From Blastocatellia bacterium (GTDB lineage: Bacteria > Acidobacteriota > Blastocatellia > UBA7656), in contig CAVXWP010000001.1 of the NCBI GenBank assembly GCA_963765495.1, forward strand, positions 224,001 through 288,000: 64,000 bases of DNA. Direction: 5' to 3'. A model generated the notes under the pieces. It was given only the letters and a program-made list of their open reading frames with translations, made no database searches and had not been told where the DNA came from. The position numbers were made by a program, and so were the translations under genes. Positions 26,998 through 36,990 of this stretch are shown here, one piece after another; position 1 is the first letter of the stretch; each line of letters opens with the position of its first letter.

Positions 26998-29808
26998 TTA
27001 GAAAATCCTGTAAGAAACCTTGAAGCTGAAGGTTCGGCCCGTACGATAGACCCGAAACGGCTGGCCTGCCAGCCGGTAATCAACCTGACGGTTCAACAGG
27101 TTTTCGGCGGTGAATTCACCGCGTAGCCTCTTCTCTCCTCCGAAATACTTGGCAAACAAAAAGTCCAGATGCGGATAACTGTGCTCGATGATGTCGGGTA
27201 GTCCCAGAGCGCCTACATCGGTTATGCGCTCGCCCGTAAAGTTGTAGAGCGCGCGCGATTCGATGCCATAGCGAGGCAGTTCATAATCGAGCACGACATT
27301 CAAAACGTTTTGAGCCTGCCCGACAAGCGGGCGCTCAAGATTCGTCAAAATCGAACGGTCCTGTTCGCCTATCTCAACTCGTGAGCGGACGAATGTGTAG
27401 TTTGCGCTCACGGAAAAATTCTCGAACTTTCCCCACAAACTGCCGAGCCTCTTGCGGGTCTCGATCTCAACTCCGGTATTGCGGGCCTTGTCGGCATTGC
27501 GATACGAAGTTCTGAGTTGCGTTTGCGCCTCTATGAAAACCTCTATCGGGTCCTTCAAATCCTTGTGAAAGACGCTGACGGCAAGCAACTGTGTCGGAGC
27601 AAAAAACCATTCCCAGCGAACGTCATAATTCGTGATCAGGGTACGCCTGATGTTGGGATTTCCGACCGCGGACCTTCCGCCGGTAACGTCTGTAAATTCA
27701 AACGGGCTCAACTCTCGAAACTGCGGGCGGGCTACGGTGCGGCTGTATCCGCCGCGCAGGTTCATAGAACCGTTTTTCAGAGCGTAGGCGATGCCTACGC
27801 TTGGCAGCACGTCGGTGTTTTTCAGGCTGGCAAGCACCGGGATCACATCGGCCCGAAACGGTTCGAAGGTCTGCACCTGTTGTTCGGATTTCTCGATTCG
27901 AGCGCCGCCGATAAAGCGCCATCGTTTCATCGTGAAATCGGCCATCCAGTAACCGGCCGTGATGTTGTGCAGCGCGACGTAATGATCGGTCGTGCGAGTC
28001 TCTTCCCGAATTTCGAACCCGCGAGTCTGTTCTATATTCTCGGGGACGAGAATCTCTTCGGGCAGCAAAGTGGTGTCAATCCCGGTGACGCTGCGCGGAA
28101 CGAAGCGAAAACGGCGCGAATCGAATACGCGGTCTCGATTTATATAACTGAAGCCCGCTTTCGTGTTGAGTGAAAACCCGCCAAAGAACCAGTATTTTGC
28201 CCAGTCGGCTGCGGGCTCGCGCACGTTTTCGCGCATCTTGTTAAAGAGGCGAAAGAGGCTTTGCGTCTGGTTAAAGTATATGAAATCACCCGTGGCCGGG
28301 CTGAATTCATAAAGCGCCTCGCGCAGGTCCGGCTCGTCGAGCGTTGCGCGGGAATAGGTGTATCGCCACGTAAAGACGCTGTCGCCCAAGAATCGGACAA
28401 GGTGATTGCCCGACAGTTGCCCCGTGTAAATTCGCTCTTCGATATAACGCAGGCGGGTGTCTCTGAGGTCGGTTCCACGGTCTTCGTTGAAGCCCTCAAA
28501 GATTCTGGATTCGTCGGTCGCCTGATTGGTCAGGAAATTCTTAAAGAAGACTTTGTGGTTCTTTGTTATTTCGTAGGCGGTATTGAGTGTGCCGCCAAGT
28601 CGTGCGGCCATCGTGCTCGAATCGTAATCGTATGTGTTCGAGGGGCGGATCACCCCCTGGCTGCCTATCTGGTAAAAATCCCTGATCTCGGCCAGATTCT
28701 GCTGCTCGTTTTTGAAACTGATAGCGCCGACAAATCCGAACTTTCCAAAAGTTTGACCGCCCGATATGCTCCATCCAATTTCCGGGCGCGCATCGTCGGT
28801 CTGCGGAGTATATACATTTCTGAAGGATTCGCCGATCACTTCCAACTGGCTCGGAGTAAAGCCGCCGGGCAGGAATAGATTTCCTCTTAGCAATCGCTCG
28901 TTTTCGGGTATGCCTGCGGGCAGGCGGCGCGATCTCTTGCCGAAACCGAAAAAGTCGCGGGTTCCGCCGCCCGGATAGCCAAGAAAGTCCTTGCCGTAGG
29001 TCGCGGAGTTAAACCCGGTCGAAAACGATACCGAAAGCGATCTGGCCTTTGGCAGATCGATAGTCTCAAGGCGAACAAGCCCGCCCGAAAACTCTCCCGG
29101 CTGGTCGGGCGTGAAGGTCTTTAGAACCTTGACGCTTTGCAGCAGATTGGCCGGGATCAAATCCATCGGCACGACTTTGCGATCGGGCTCGGTCGTCGGC
29201 ATGAGCGCGTCATTGAGCGACGTGTTGCTGTAGCGTTCGCCGAGCCCGCGCACAAACACAAAGCGGTTTTGCACGCTCACGCCGGGCGCGCGTTGCAGCA
29301 CACCGGCCGCGCTCGAAGCCGTGTCTTTGCTGATCTCTGTAGCCGAAATGTTGTCGGAAATCGTGGTCGCGGCCTTTCGGTCTTCGATCATCGCCGCCAC
29401 ATCATTTGAACTGTCGGCTGTGACGGTGACGCTCTCGCCGTAGCCGACCGGAGAGAGCACCGCGTTTAATTCATTTGTCGCGCCCGGGGTAACGACTACC
29501 TGATCAATCGTCTGTTCAAGAAACCCGTCACGATGGAATCGTACGGAATAGGTTCCCGGCGCGAGGCTGATCGAATACTCCCCGTCCACCCCCGTCTTTA
29601 CGGGTGCGCCTGAACCTGCTGCCTCGCCTGCTATCTCGATAGTAGCCTGCGTCAGCGGATCGCCTGTTGCCACATTGTAAACTACGCCCGTTATCTTCCC
29701 ATTTTTGGGACTCTGTAATTGCCGATACAATCCTTTAGCAGATCCGAGCGTTGAGGCGAGAATCAGCATACACAGTATTGGTATAAGTATGGGGCGTTTT
29801 GAAGACAT
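26998..29808 (-). CDS. TonB-dependent receptor with N-terminal carboxypeptidase-like domain
   Basis: Plug motif FVRGLGERYSNTSLN, KTFTPDQPGEFSGG, ARPQFRELSPF, GNPNI, C-terminal Phe. Confidence 0.93.
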   Translation of the reverse strand: MSSKRPILIPILCMLILASTLGSAKGLYRQLQSPKNGKITGVVYNVATGDPLTQATIEIAGEAAGSGAPVKTGVDGEYSISLAPGTYSVRFHRDGFLEQTIDQVVVTPGATNELNAVLSPVGYGESVTVTADSSNDVAAMIEDRKAATTISDNISATEISKDTASSAAGVLQRAPGVSVQNRFVFVRGLGERYSNTSLNDALMPTTEPDRKVVPMDLIPANLLQSVKVLKTFTPDQPGEFSGGLVRLETIDLPKARSLSVSFSTGFNSATYGKDFLGYPGGGTRDFFGFGKRSRRLPAGIPENERLLRGNLFLPGGFTPSQLEVIGESFRNVYTPQTDDARPEIGWSISGGQTFGKFGFVGAISFKNEQQNLAEIRDFYQIGSQGVIRPSNTYDYDSSTMAARLGGTLNTAYEITKNHKVFFKNFLTNQATDESRIFEGFNEDRGTDLRDTRLRYIEERIYTGQLSGNHLVRFLGDSVFTWRYTYSRATLDEPDLREALYEFSPATGDFIYFNQTQSLFRLFNKMRENVREPAADWAKYWFFGGFSLNTKAGFSYINRDRVFDSRRFRFVPRSVTGIDTTLLPEEILVPENIEQTRGFEIREETRTTDHYVALHNITAGYWMADFTMKRWRFIGGARIEKSEQQVQTFEPFRADVIPVLASLKNTDVLPSVGIAYALKNGSMNLRGGYSRTVARPQFRELSPFEFTDVTGGRSAVGNPNIRRTLITNYDVRWEWFFAPTQLLAVSVFHKDLKDPIEVFIEAQTQLRTSYRNADKARNTGVEIETRKRLGSLWGKFENFSVSANYTFVRSRVEIGEQDRSILTNLERPLVGQAQNVLNVVLDYELPRYGIESRALYNFTGERITDVGALGLPDIIEHSYPHLDFLFAKYFGGEKRLRGEFTAENLLNRQVDYRLAGQPFRVYRTGRTFSFKVSYRIF

Positions 29809-29865
29809 CTCTTCTCCTTAGTCGTGGTTCGGCCTTGCATAGGGATTGTGTTGCTAAAGATGAGG

Positions 29866-29919
29866 AATCTAACAAGTGGTGGTTAAGCTGAGATGAATCG
29901 GTTCTTAACTCTTTGTAAA
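29866..29919 (-). promoter_or_regulatory. Pho-box-like 11-bp direct-repeat promoter (copy 1)
   Basis: TTTACA-N5-TTAAGA-N5-TTCATC-N5-TTAACC-N5-TTGT-TAGATT upstream of the TonB receptor. Confidence 0.6.
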
Positions 29920-29954
29920 CTTCGGTCTCTGAAAATATGAGGATAATAAAAGGT

Positions 29955-30039
29955 GGGAATAGACTACGGATTCGACGAATCAACAGGGATTTAACTGATC
30001 CATGAAAATCGATCCGATCCGTGTCATCCGTGGCCTATT
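29955..30039. repeat. AATAGGCC MITE-like element, degenerate copy 3
   Basis: gggaatagactacggattcgacg ... atccgtggcctatt, similar to 9911-10000. Confidence 0.7.
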
Positions 30040-30048
30040 AGCGCAACG

Positions 30049-31260
30049 CTATTTTGGAGCTTCAACCAGCCCCACACGTTGAGGCGTAAACGCCGGAAAG
30101 ATCGCGGACGTGTCGCGGCCCTCTGAGACGTAAAAGAGAATCTCCGACAACACAGAACGATAATCTATGAGCCTCTTCAATCCGCCCGGTCCCGCCTCTT
30201 CTTCATCTTCTTCAAGACCGGGCCATTTTCCGTGAACGCGGCCCCCGTTGATCCCGCTACCCATCGCAAACAGAGCGAATCCGCGTCCGTGGTCCGTGCC
30301 AAGCGAGCCGTTCTCATAAATCCGCCGCCCAAACTCCGTCATCACAAGCGTGACTACGCGGTCTCGATAATCGGTCAGGTCCGAATCAAATGCGGCAAGC
30401 CCTTGCGCAAGTTCCGCAATCACATCGGCCTGCAATCCGTCGGTCGTCCCCTGAAAGAAATGCGTATCCCAACCGCCCAGATCGATACAGGCGGCTTCCA
30501 CACCTACATCGGCCTTCACAAGCCGGCTGATTTCCCTGAGCCCCGCGCCGTATTCCGTCTGCGGATAATCAGCGCCTGTGGCGGGCGCGTAAGGTTTTTC
30601 TCTTAGCGCCTCTACGCGCTTCAACAGATCGAGCGTCTCGCGGCCCGGCGCGGCAAGCACTCCCGCCTGTGCGCCGTACATCTGTGAAAGCGCCGCAGAA
30701 ACCGCGCGCGGGTCGCTTGATGAAGACTTTATCTGCAAGTCTTCCAGAGTGTAAATCGCGCTTGCCGCCGGTGCTGCCCGCAGCGATTCCGGTATGGTCG
30801 CGCCTATCGCTACCGCCGAGAGCGGACTGCTCTTCCCACCCGTTCCCGTCCGTAAGTAGCGGCCCAGCCAGCCGCCGCCTATCGTCCTGTCGTATGCTTC
30901 GCCGTGCTCCATCTGATCCTGTGCTTCGAAATGCGACCCCGTAGGATTGTCCGACCCTACCGCCTGAACCACGGCCAGCCGGCCCTCGCTGTAGGCGGGA
31001 AACAGGGGCCGGAGTTTTGGGTGAAAGCCGTAGAAATCGTCGAGGCGAATCGCTGCGCCGTCGGTTTGAACACTCGCGGGCCGCGCAATCGAGATCGTCG
31101 GGCGCAGGGAATAATAACGATCATCGCCGTAGGGGACTACTAGATTAAGCGTATCAGCGCCTCCCCGAAGAAAGACGCACACAAGCGTCTTTGACCCCGA
31201 GCGGGAAACCGAGCCCGCCAGCGCGAGGTTGCGTAAAAATCCGCGACGTGAACTGTTCAT
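30049..31260 (-). CDS. DUF1501 family protein
   Basis: SRRGFL Tat-like start, VFLRGGAD, SHFEAQ, GGWDTH, MTEFGR, GTDHG. Confidence 0.88.
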   Translation of the reverse strand: MNSSRRGFLRNLALAGSVSRSGSKTLVCVFLRGGADTLNLVVPYGDDRYYSLRPTISIARPASVQTDGAAIRLDDFYGFHPKLRPLFPAYSEGRLAVVQAVGSDNPTGSHFEAQDQMEHGEAYDRTIGGGWLGRYLRTGTGGKSSPLSAVAIGATIPESLRAAPAASAIYTLEDLQIKSSSSDPRAVSAALSQMYGAQAGVLAAPGRETLDLLKRVEALREKPYAPATGADYPQTEYGAGLREISRLVKADVGVEAACIDLGGWDTHFFQGTTDGLQADVIAELAQGLAAFDSDLTDYRDRVVTLVMTEFGRRIYENGSLGTDHGRGFALFAMGSGINGGRVHGKWPGLEEDEEEAGPGGLKRLIDYRSVLSEILFYVSEGRDTSAIFPAFTPQRVGLVEAPK

Positions 31261-31298
31261 AAACGACTCCGAAACTGAATCAACACCTTTGAACTGAA

Positions 31299-32804
31299 TC
31301 AACACCTTTGAAATGCCGGAGATGCCAGGATCAACCCGATAACCGAGGCGTTTGTTTCTTCGCCGGTTTGTCGCATCCGGTCGGCATACTGATCAAGCGC
31401 CGCGACCTCATCGGGCGTGCCTGCGCGGCCTATGAAATGAGGCAAGAGCCTTCGAGGGGAAATCTCTTTATCGCCGCAGCCTAAAGCCCGGCTGAGTTCC
31501 GCGAGAGGCACGTCTGCCGAAGGCACCTGATTTGAAGCAAGCGCGAGCGCAAAATTCCACCGCCATAAAAGCGTGCCAAGCCACGGGCTGGCCTCTTCGG
31601 GATATCCGTCGGGCGTCGGGTACTGGAATAAACCCTGTCCCATGCGGGCGAGGTATTCAAGCAGCGGAGTGTGCGCGTGCGTATCGGTTGCCGTGGCTCT
31701 CATGGCGCTCGCTATGAAATGAAACGGGCGCTTTATCTTCGCCCCCTTTGATGCCTTGAATTCATCCGATGTCAGGATAGCCCTGACCAGCGATTTTATA
31801 TCGCCGTCGGTTTCGATAAAGATAGAGGCCACGCGCTCTGTCAGGGAAGCGGGGGGATCATCAGCGACAAACTTGCGGGCGAGTTTTCCGGCGATGTGGC
31901 GAGCCGTTGACGGATGAGAACAGACTATATCTATGACACGTTCAAGATCATCGGGGCCTCCGCCCGCAGGGATCAATTGACCCAGGACCTCTTTTGCGTC
32001 GTTGTCGTGCAGAGCGGGGTCGAAATAGACGGTCCCGCGTCGCCAGCCAGTTCGCATGCGCCACCCCGTAAGCGCGCGCGCCACTTCGTATACGTCCCTT
32101 TGAGTGTAGCCGCCGTGAACGCCGAGCGTGTGCAGTTCCAGTAGCTCGCGCGCATAGTTTTCGTTTGGCACATCATCCGGGGCTGCCTTTTTATTCTCTT
32201 TGCCGTCGAGATAAACAAGCATCGCGGGCGATGTGGCGGATGTTCTTATGAGGTCACGGAAACGGCCCAGCGCATTCGCGCGAATCACCAGCCGATCATC
32301 GGAAGGTTTCAGATAAATGCAATCGCCTTTTTCGATGTTTATGTTTAGATGATCGGTCCAGAATCCGACCATCACTTCAAACAACTGTCGCTTGCTGTAG
32401 ACGGCTCGCAGGAGCGTGTGCCGCGTGATCTCTTCGCGCAGGACGGGCTTTTTGTATTCGTAACAGGTTCCGGGCTCGTGATAGAGAGTTTCAAATCGTC
32501 TCGCTCGAAGATCGCACACCGTATCATCAATCGCTTCGGGCTGGAGTTGCTCTTCTATCCAGCGCTCCCGACCGAGAGCGCGTAAATGGTCCAGATCGCC
32601 CGGCCACACGCCATAGGCTGCGCGCGCGAGCAGATGGAAATCAGGGTCTATATCAACGCCTGCCCCCACGTCGATCTTATCGGGGATCGACTGACCCATC
32701 TCGCGCGTCAGGCGGCTGATTATCCGCTCGCAGCCCGCAAGGGGCAGCGCCCCCGTGGCGAGCGCCGATAATCGGAGCAATTCCCGGCGTGAAAATATCT
32801 TCAT
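31299..32804 (-). CDS. DUF1800 family protein (Tat lipoprotein)
   Basis: SRRELL..LAGC; FWTDHLN, SPAMLVYLD, PNENYARELLELHTLG, SPAFQ; ATGA overlap with upstream gene. Confidence 0.9.
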   Translation of the reverse strand: MKIFSRRELLRLSALATGALPLAGCERIISRLTREMGQSIPDKIDVGAGVDIDPDFHLLARAAYGVWPGDLDHLRALGRERWIEEQLQPEAIDDTVCDLRARRFETLYHEPGTCYEYKKPVLREEITRHTLLRAVYSKRQLFEVMVGFWTDHLNINIEKGDCIYLKPSDDRLVIRANALGRFRDLIRTSATSPAMLVYLDGKENKKAAPDDVPNENYARELLELHTLGVHGGYTQRDVYEVARALTGWRMRTGWRRGTVYFDPALHDNDAKEVLGQLIPAGGGPDDLERVIDIVCSHPSTARHIAGKLARKFVADDPPASLTERVASIFIETDGDIKSLVRAILTSDEFKASKGAKIKRPFHFIASAMRATATDTHAHTPLLEYLARMGQGLFQYPTPDGYPEEASPWLGTLLWRWNFALALASNQVPSADVPLAELSRALGCGDKEISPRRLLPHFIGRAGTPDEVAALDQYADRMRQTGEETNASVIGLILASPAFQRC

Positions 32805-33334
32805 GTCAATTCCTGTTTGTACTCGTTTGTATCCGATGTGAGCGTCGCCCGTTCGCGCTTGAACTTTACGAGTGACATCGTGATTGCGCCGGTCCCGATC
32901 ACAAACGAGGCCGGCAGTATCAGAAACCATCCGAGTATAGGAAGAAGATAAGTTAATTCGAGAACGATTGCTCCGCGAAGCGTGGCCTTCCAGGGGCGTT
33001 CCAGATCGGCGGGTGATTTCAGCCTTTTGCCTATGGTTGTGGCAAGACCCGCCATACCCGTGCTCGCGAAAACCAGATACAGGCAGATGATCGCGCCCGC
33101 GCCAATTGCGCCCGCCGAGCCGAATACGTTCTTCACAGCCGATGCGATTATCAGGATCACGATGGTGATCGGAAGGCCCGCCAGAAAGGGCCCGGCAATA
33201 TTTCTTTCGGTCTTTTCAAATGCGCGAGCCGATGTCTCGGGCCAGAGCGCCGCGCACAGGAGCCACAGGGCCGGAAGCGCCAGAAGAAACCCGAGCACAA
33301 CAAGAAAGATAGCCATAGTGTCAGCCATCAACAT
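32801..33334 (-). CDS. Integral membrane hypothetical protein
   Basis: GGAGGG RBS; 4-5 TMs; LPILGW motif; coupled to DUF1800. Confidence 0.75.
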   Translation of the reverse strand: MLMADTMAIFLVVLGFLLALPALWLLCAALWPETSARAFEKTERNIAGPFLAGLPITIVILIIASAVKNVFGSAGAIGAGAIICLYLVFASTGMAGLATTIGKRLKSPADLERPWKATLRGAIVLELTYLLPILGWFLILPASFVIGTGAITMSLVKFKRERATLTSDTNEYKQELT

Positions 33335-33578
33335 AGAAATACCCTCCTTCGAGGCGAGGTTTAGATATTAACTTTGGGGAGAGGACCTCAACTCACAGCC
33401 GATATTTACAACGAAGATGATAAAGCCAATGTTCGAACGGAAGATAAACTGCTTGATGAGAAGGGCTTTGCAAAAATGCAGCGGAGGAAAATTCAACTCG
33501 CCTTTCGTTCAAATCAACCTCCAAGAGTGCCTGGCGCATGTTGCCCGCAATTCAACACTGAAAGGCCCTGATGGGCCG

Positions 33579-35300
33579 TTATACTTTGGCCAGGGTGAGC
33601 CCCTGCTGGTCCTGATATTTTCCTCCCCGGTCGCTGTAGCTGGTTTCGCAATCTTCGTCGGATTCGAAGAAGAGGATTTGAATAAAACCCTCTTCGGCAT
33701 AGAGCCGCACGGGGAGGTTCGCGGCATTGTAAAGCTCGACCACAAGACGCCCGCACCAGTTGGCCTCAAGCGGCGTTGTATTGGCCATGAGTCCGCAATT
33801 GCGAACAAAAACCCCTGCCTCAAGCGCAAAATTGCCCGCCTCCGGAACCGTAAGGCAATAAACGTCGTGATCCCCTTTTATTTCGGAGACGGCAACCACT
33901 TTGTGATTTCTTTGAGCCTGACCTTTAAATGCCCGAACGACTTCCGAGAACCTTCGAAAGACGCTGCGGTCACACTGTAACAACCTGGCTGCTCCTCTGA
34001 TGGAACCCGTTTCGTCAAGCGCCGCTCGGACCACTTCCTCATCGATTTCAAAGCGCGTGTTCAATCGCCGCGCAATATCTCGTTGCTGTTGATGGCGCTC
34101 TTCGTCAGCGGATGCCCAGTAGTGTTTCGACTTCCGGGCAACCTCTTCCCGGCGTTCCGGGTGAGACGACCAGAACATTTCCTGCCGTTCGCGCTGCCGT
34201 TGACGGGCTTCTTCATTCCAATATATACGGCGCTGTTGCAGAACACGTGCCCGAATACCCTTGTAAGCATCGTCATTCCAGAATCGAATGGCTTTCTCCT
34301 GTTGCAGTTGTCTAAATCGCTCACGCCAGCCCTCGTCCTGGCGCAATCGATCAAAGGCCGCGCGGATTGAGGCGCTGTGTTCCTTCGGATCGAAATCCGC
34401 GCCATAGGTTTTATCATTGTGATAACGGATGTGTTCGCTGCCCTTCATCCGCACAAGATTCCACGGCATATTATTGGCTCGATTCCCGTCTACGTGATGG
34501 CGATGTGTGTCCGAGATATCTTCGTACATGCCGTTGCGCAAGTTCCATTCATCAGCAAGGCGATGTGTGGGGATCAAATGGCCATTGATCGGTTGATAAA
34601 CCGTTTCGTACCCACGGCTGACTTTACGATACAAAGGCATGAGCGAGTCACCGGGCCGCAGACAGTGAGCCTCGACTTTGCGACCATCTCTAAGGATAAA
34701 CTCGTGATCTGGAGTGCAGAGGATAGGTTCCTCGTTGTCGAGCGATATTTTCATGAGCGCATCGCGCCCGATGTATCGCGGAGCATCTAAGAGCGAAACA
34801 ATAATCCTTCCATACGGGCCGATACTGTATCCCCAAAACAACTCGCCCTGTTCAGCGCGCCGAGCCATTTCTTCGAGTGTCGGGGACGCGCCATTTACAA
34901 GAGCCACCCGCGTATCCCCGCTAAAACATCGCGCATAAGTGCTTTTGCCTATGGCAAGCGCCGTGACGTTGCGAGGTATGGCAAATCGCTCGATGGTGAC
35001 TCCGAGCGCATACGAATGCGGCGGCAGCAGCCAGTAATCCGACCCGTCCGAGGCTCGCCTTATAGGCACATCGAGCAGGCTGTTTGGATCGAAATTCTTC
35101 GGGTCTATCTCGGTCCCCGTCACGGGTGAGAAGACCTTGAACTCGTCTCGCGCCAAACGGCAATCGTAGCCGTAGCTTGAAAGCCCGCAGCTTATTATCC
35201 GCCTGTCATCGGTTGCGCGTATAAGTCTCTCTTCGAAAGGTGTTATCAATTCGCGCTCGCGGCACATCTGCTTGATCCAGGTGTCTGACTTGATTGACAT
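33579..35300 (-). CDS. dcd: dCTP deaminase containing an intein
   Basis: MSIKSDTWI, GLSSYGYD, GKSTYAR|intein|CGLMANTTPLE, SYSDRGGKYQDQ; spliced product 196 aa. Confidence 0.93.
   Translation of the reverse strand: MSIKSDTWIKQMCRERELITPFEERLIRATDDRRIISCGLSSYGYDCRLARDEFKVFSPVTGTEIDPKNFDPNSLLDVPIRRASDGSDYWLLPPHSYALGVTIERFAIPRNVTALAIGKSTYARCFSGDTRVALVNGASPTLEEMARRAEQGELFWGYSIGPYGRIIVSLLDAPRYIGRDALMKISLDNEEPILCTPDHEFILRDGRKVEAHCLRPGDSLMPLYRKVSRGYETVYQPINGHLIPTHRLADEWNLRNGMYEDISDTHRHHVDGNRANNMPWNLVRMKGSEHIRYHNDKTYGADFDPKEHSASIRAAFDRLRQDEGWRERFRQLQQEKAIRFWNDDAYKGIRARVLQQRRIYWNEEARQRQRERQEMFWSSHPERREEVARKSKHYWASADEERHQQQRDIARRLNTRFEIDEEVVRAALDETGSIRGAARLLQCDRSVFRRFSEVVRAFKGQAQRNHKVVAVSEIKGDHDVYCLTVPEAGNFALEAGVFVRNCGLMANTTPLEANWCGRLVVELYNAANLPVRLYAEEGFIQILFFESDEDCETSYSDRGGKYQDQQGLTLAKV
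33798..34928 (-). mobile_element. 377-aa intein with HNH homing endonuclease
   Basis: Block A CFSGDTRV, block B CTPDHEF, HNH HRHHVDGNRANN..NL..EH..YH, blocks F/G VYCLTVPEAGNFALEAGVFVRN, +1 Cys. Confidence 0.92.
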
Positions 35301-35338
35301 CTATCCTCCGGTTCGCTGTCGCTATAAATTAAGCGAAA

Positions 35339-35367
35339 ACTCTAGCCGCCGCACCCGGCGAAGTCAA
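35339..35367 (-). promoter_or_regulatory. sigma70 promoter of dcd
   Basis: TTGACT-17 bp-TAGAGT on minus strand. Confidence 0.55.
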
Positions 35368-35652
35368 ATCAGCCCTCGCGATATTCGAGCCCTTATCTCG
35401 ATCCCTCGTGTCTGAGACAACGCTTTCAAGAAACCATATTTGATGCTGAAATTTTACTGTAATGTTTTTAGATATATTTCATAAGAGTATGAGCGAGCAA
35501 GTTTCAGGTGGTAGAGTTCAGGGCCTCTCTGATCAAAGTTGCACGAGAAGCATCTTTGTCTTGAGGAGTCTTCCTGCTCCTTGCCCCGATAATTGAGGGG
35601 CGCTTGCCTCTTATGAACACGCTTTGTTTTTTGGCTCAAAAGGAGAATCGGC

Positions 35653-36981
35653 ATGTCAAGCACTATGATAATCAGTGAAATACCCGAAGAAGACAGAGTG
35701 AAAGAAACCGACGCATTTTCTAAACATCTGGGTATGTTTGCCTTTCCAAAAGGCGCGCATCTGCTTGAGAGAACCAGACCCGTTGGAGAGTGGATTCGCC
35801 AGCGAACAGAGTTGAATACCTGGCCTTATGGTCGCTCGCTCGAACAGGCCCCCTCCACCATTACAACCATCAACAGCCAGAATGGTCGCATCGTCGCTGG
35901 CCTCAATTTCGGCTCTCAGGATTATCTCGGCCTGTCGTCGCATCCGGCGCTCCACGGGGCGGCGATTGAGGCGTTGCGCGAGTACGGTCCGCACAGCGCG
36001 GCCTCGCCTATGTTGCAGGGCAACACCCGTCTTTCGCGCAAACTCGAACGCTCGATTTCAGGCGTTCTCGATACCGAGCACGTGCTCTTGTTTCCCACGG
36101 GCTGGGCAGCCGGGTTCGGAACCATCGTCGGGCTTGTCAGGCCGGATGATTACATACTCATTGACCAGTTGGCTCACGCCTGTCTGATGCAGGGCGCTCG
36201 CGCCGCCACCGAAAAACACCGATTCTATAAACATAACAGCATCTCTGACGTTCGCAGAAAGCTTCAGGCCATAAGGGCAAAAGATACAAAAAACGCCATA
36301 ATGGTGGTTTCCGAAGGGCTCTTCTCGATGGATTCCGACAGCCCCGACATATACTCGCTTCAGGATGTGTGCAGAGATTTCGACGCGGTTCTTCTCGTAG
36401 ACGTGGCGCACGATTTCGGCGCTACGGGTCCGGGCGGAACCGGGCAGATAGGCATTCAGGATATGCTCGGCAAGGTTGATCTTGTCATGGGCAGCTTCTC
36501 AAAGACGTTCTCAAGCAACGGGGGCTTTCTGGCTACACACCAGCTTTCGGTCAGACAATACATAAGCATCTACGGCGGGTCACACACATTCTCAAACGCG
36601 CTTTCGCCCGTACAGGCGGCGGTGGCCGATGAAGCGATGGAAATAGTTCGCTCCGCAGAGGGCGACCAGTTGCGCGGCAAACTGATGTCGAACGTATGCC
36701 TGCTGCGCGCCCTGTTTAATGACCGGGGGATAACATGCCTCGGAAACCCGTCGGCCATCGTGCCTGTCAGCGTAGGAGACGAAACGCTTGCCAAGTGGAC
36801 GAGCTGCTTTATGGAAAAGAACGGGCTGATCGCAAATCTCGTAGAGTTCCCCGCCGTGCCCAGAGGAAAAGCCCGATTCCGATTCCAGGTAATGGCTTCT
36901 CATACCGAGGAGCAGATCGAATTAGCCGTAGAGACCTTCTGCCAATCAATGGAGCAGGGCCGCGCCATGCTCTACGCCTGA
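35653..36981 (+). CDS. PLP-dependent alpha-oxoamine synthase (AONS/SPT/KBL family)
   Basis: NFGSQDYLGL, FPTGWAA, EGLFSMD, VDVAH, GSFSK, PAVP..ARFR. Confidence 0.88.
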   Translation: MSSTMIISEIPEEDRVKETDAFSKHLGMFAFPKGAHLLERTRPVGEWIRQRTELNTWPYGRSLEQAPSTITTINSQNGRIVAGLNFGSQDYLGLSSHPALHGAAIEALREYGPHSAASPMLQGNTRLSRKLERSISGVLDTEHVLLFPTGWAAGFGTIVGLVRPDDYILIDQLAHACLMQGARAATEKHRFYKHNSISDVRRKLQAIRAKDTKNAIMVVSEGLFSMDSDSPDIYSLQDVCRDFDAVLLVDVAHDFGATGPGGTGQIGIQDMLGKVDLVMGSFSKTFSSNGGFLATHQLSVRQYISIYGGSHTFSNALSPVQAAVADEAMEIVRSAEGDQLRGKLMSNVCLLRALFNDRGITCLGNPSAIVPVSVGDETLAKWTSCFMEKNGLIANLVEFPAVPRGKARFRFQVMASHTEEQIELAVETFCQSMEQGRAMLYA

Positions 36982-36990
36982 TAAGCCATT

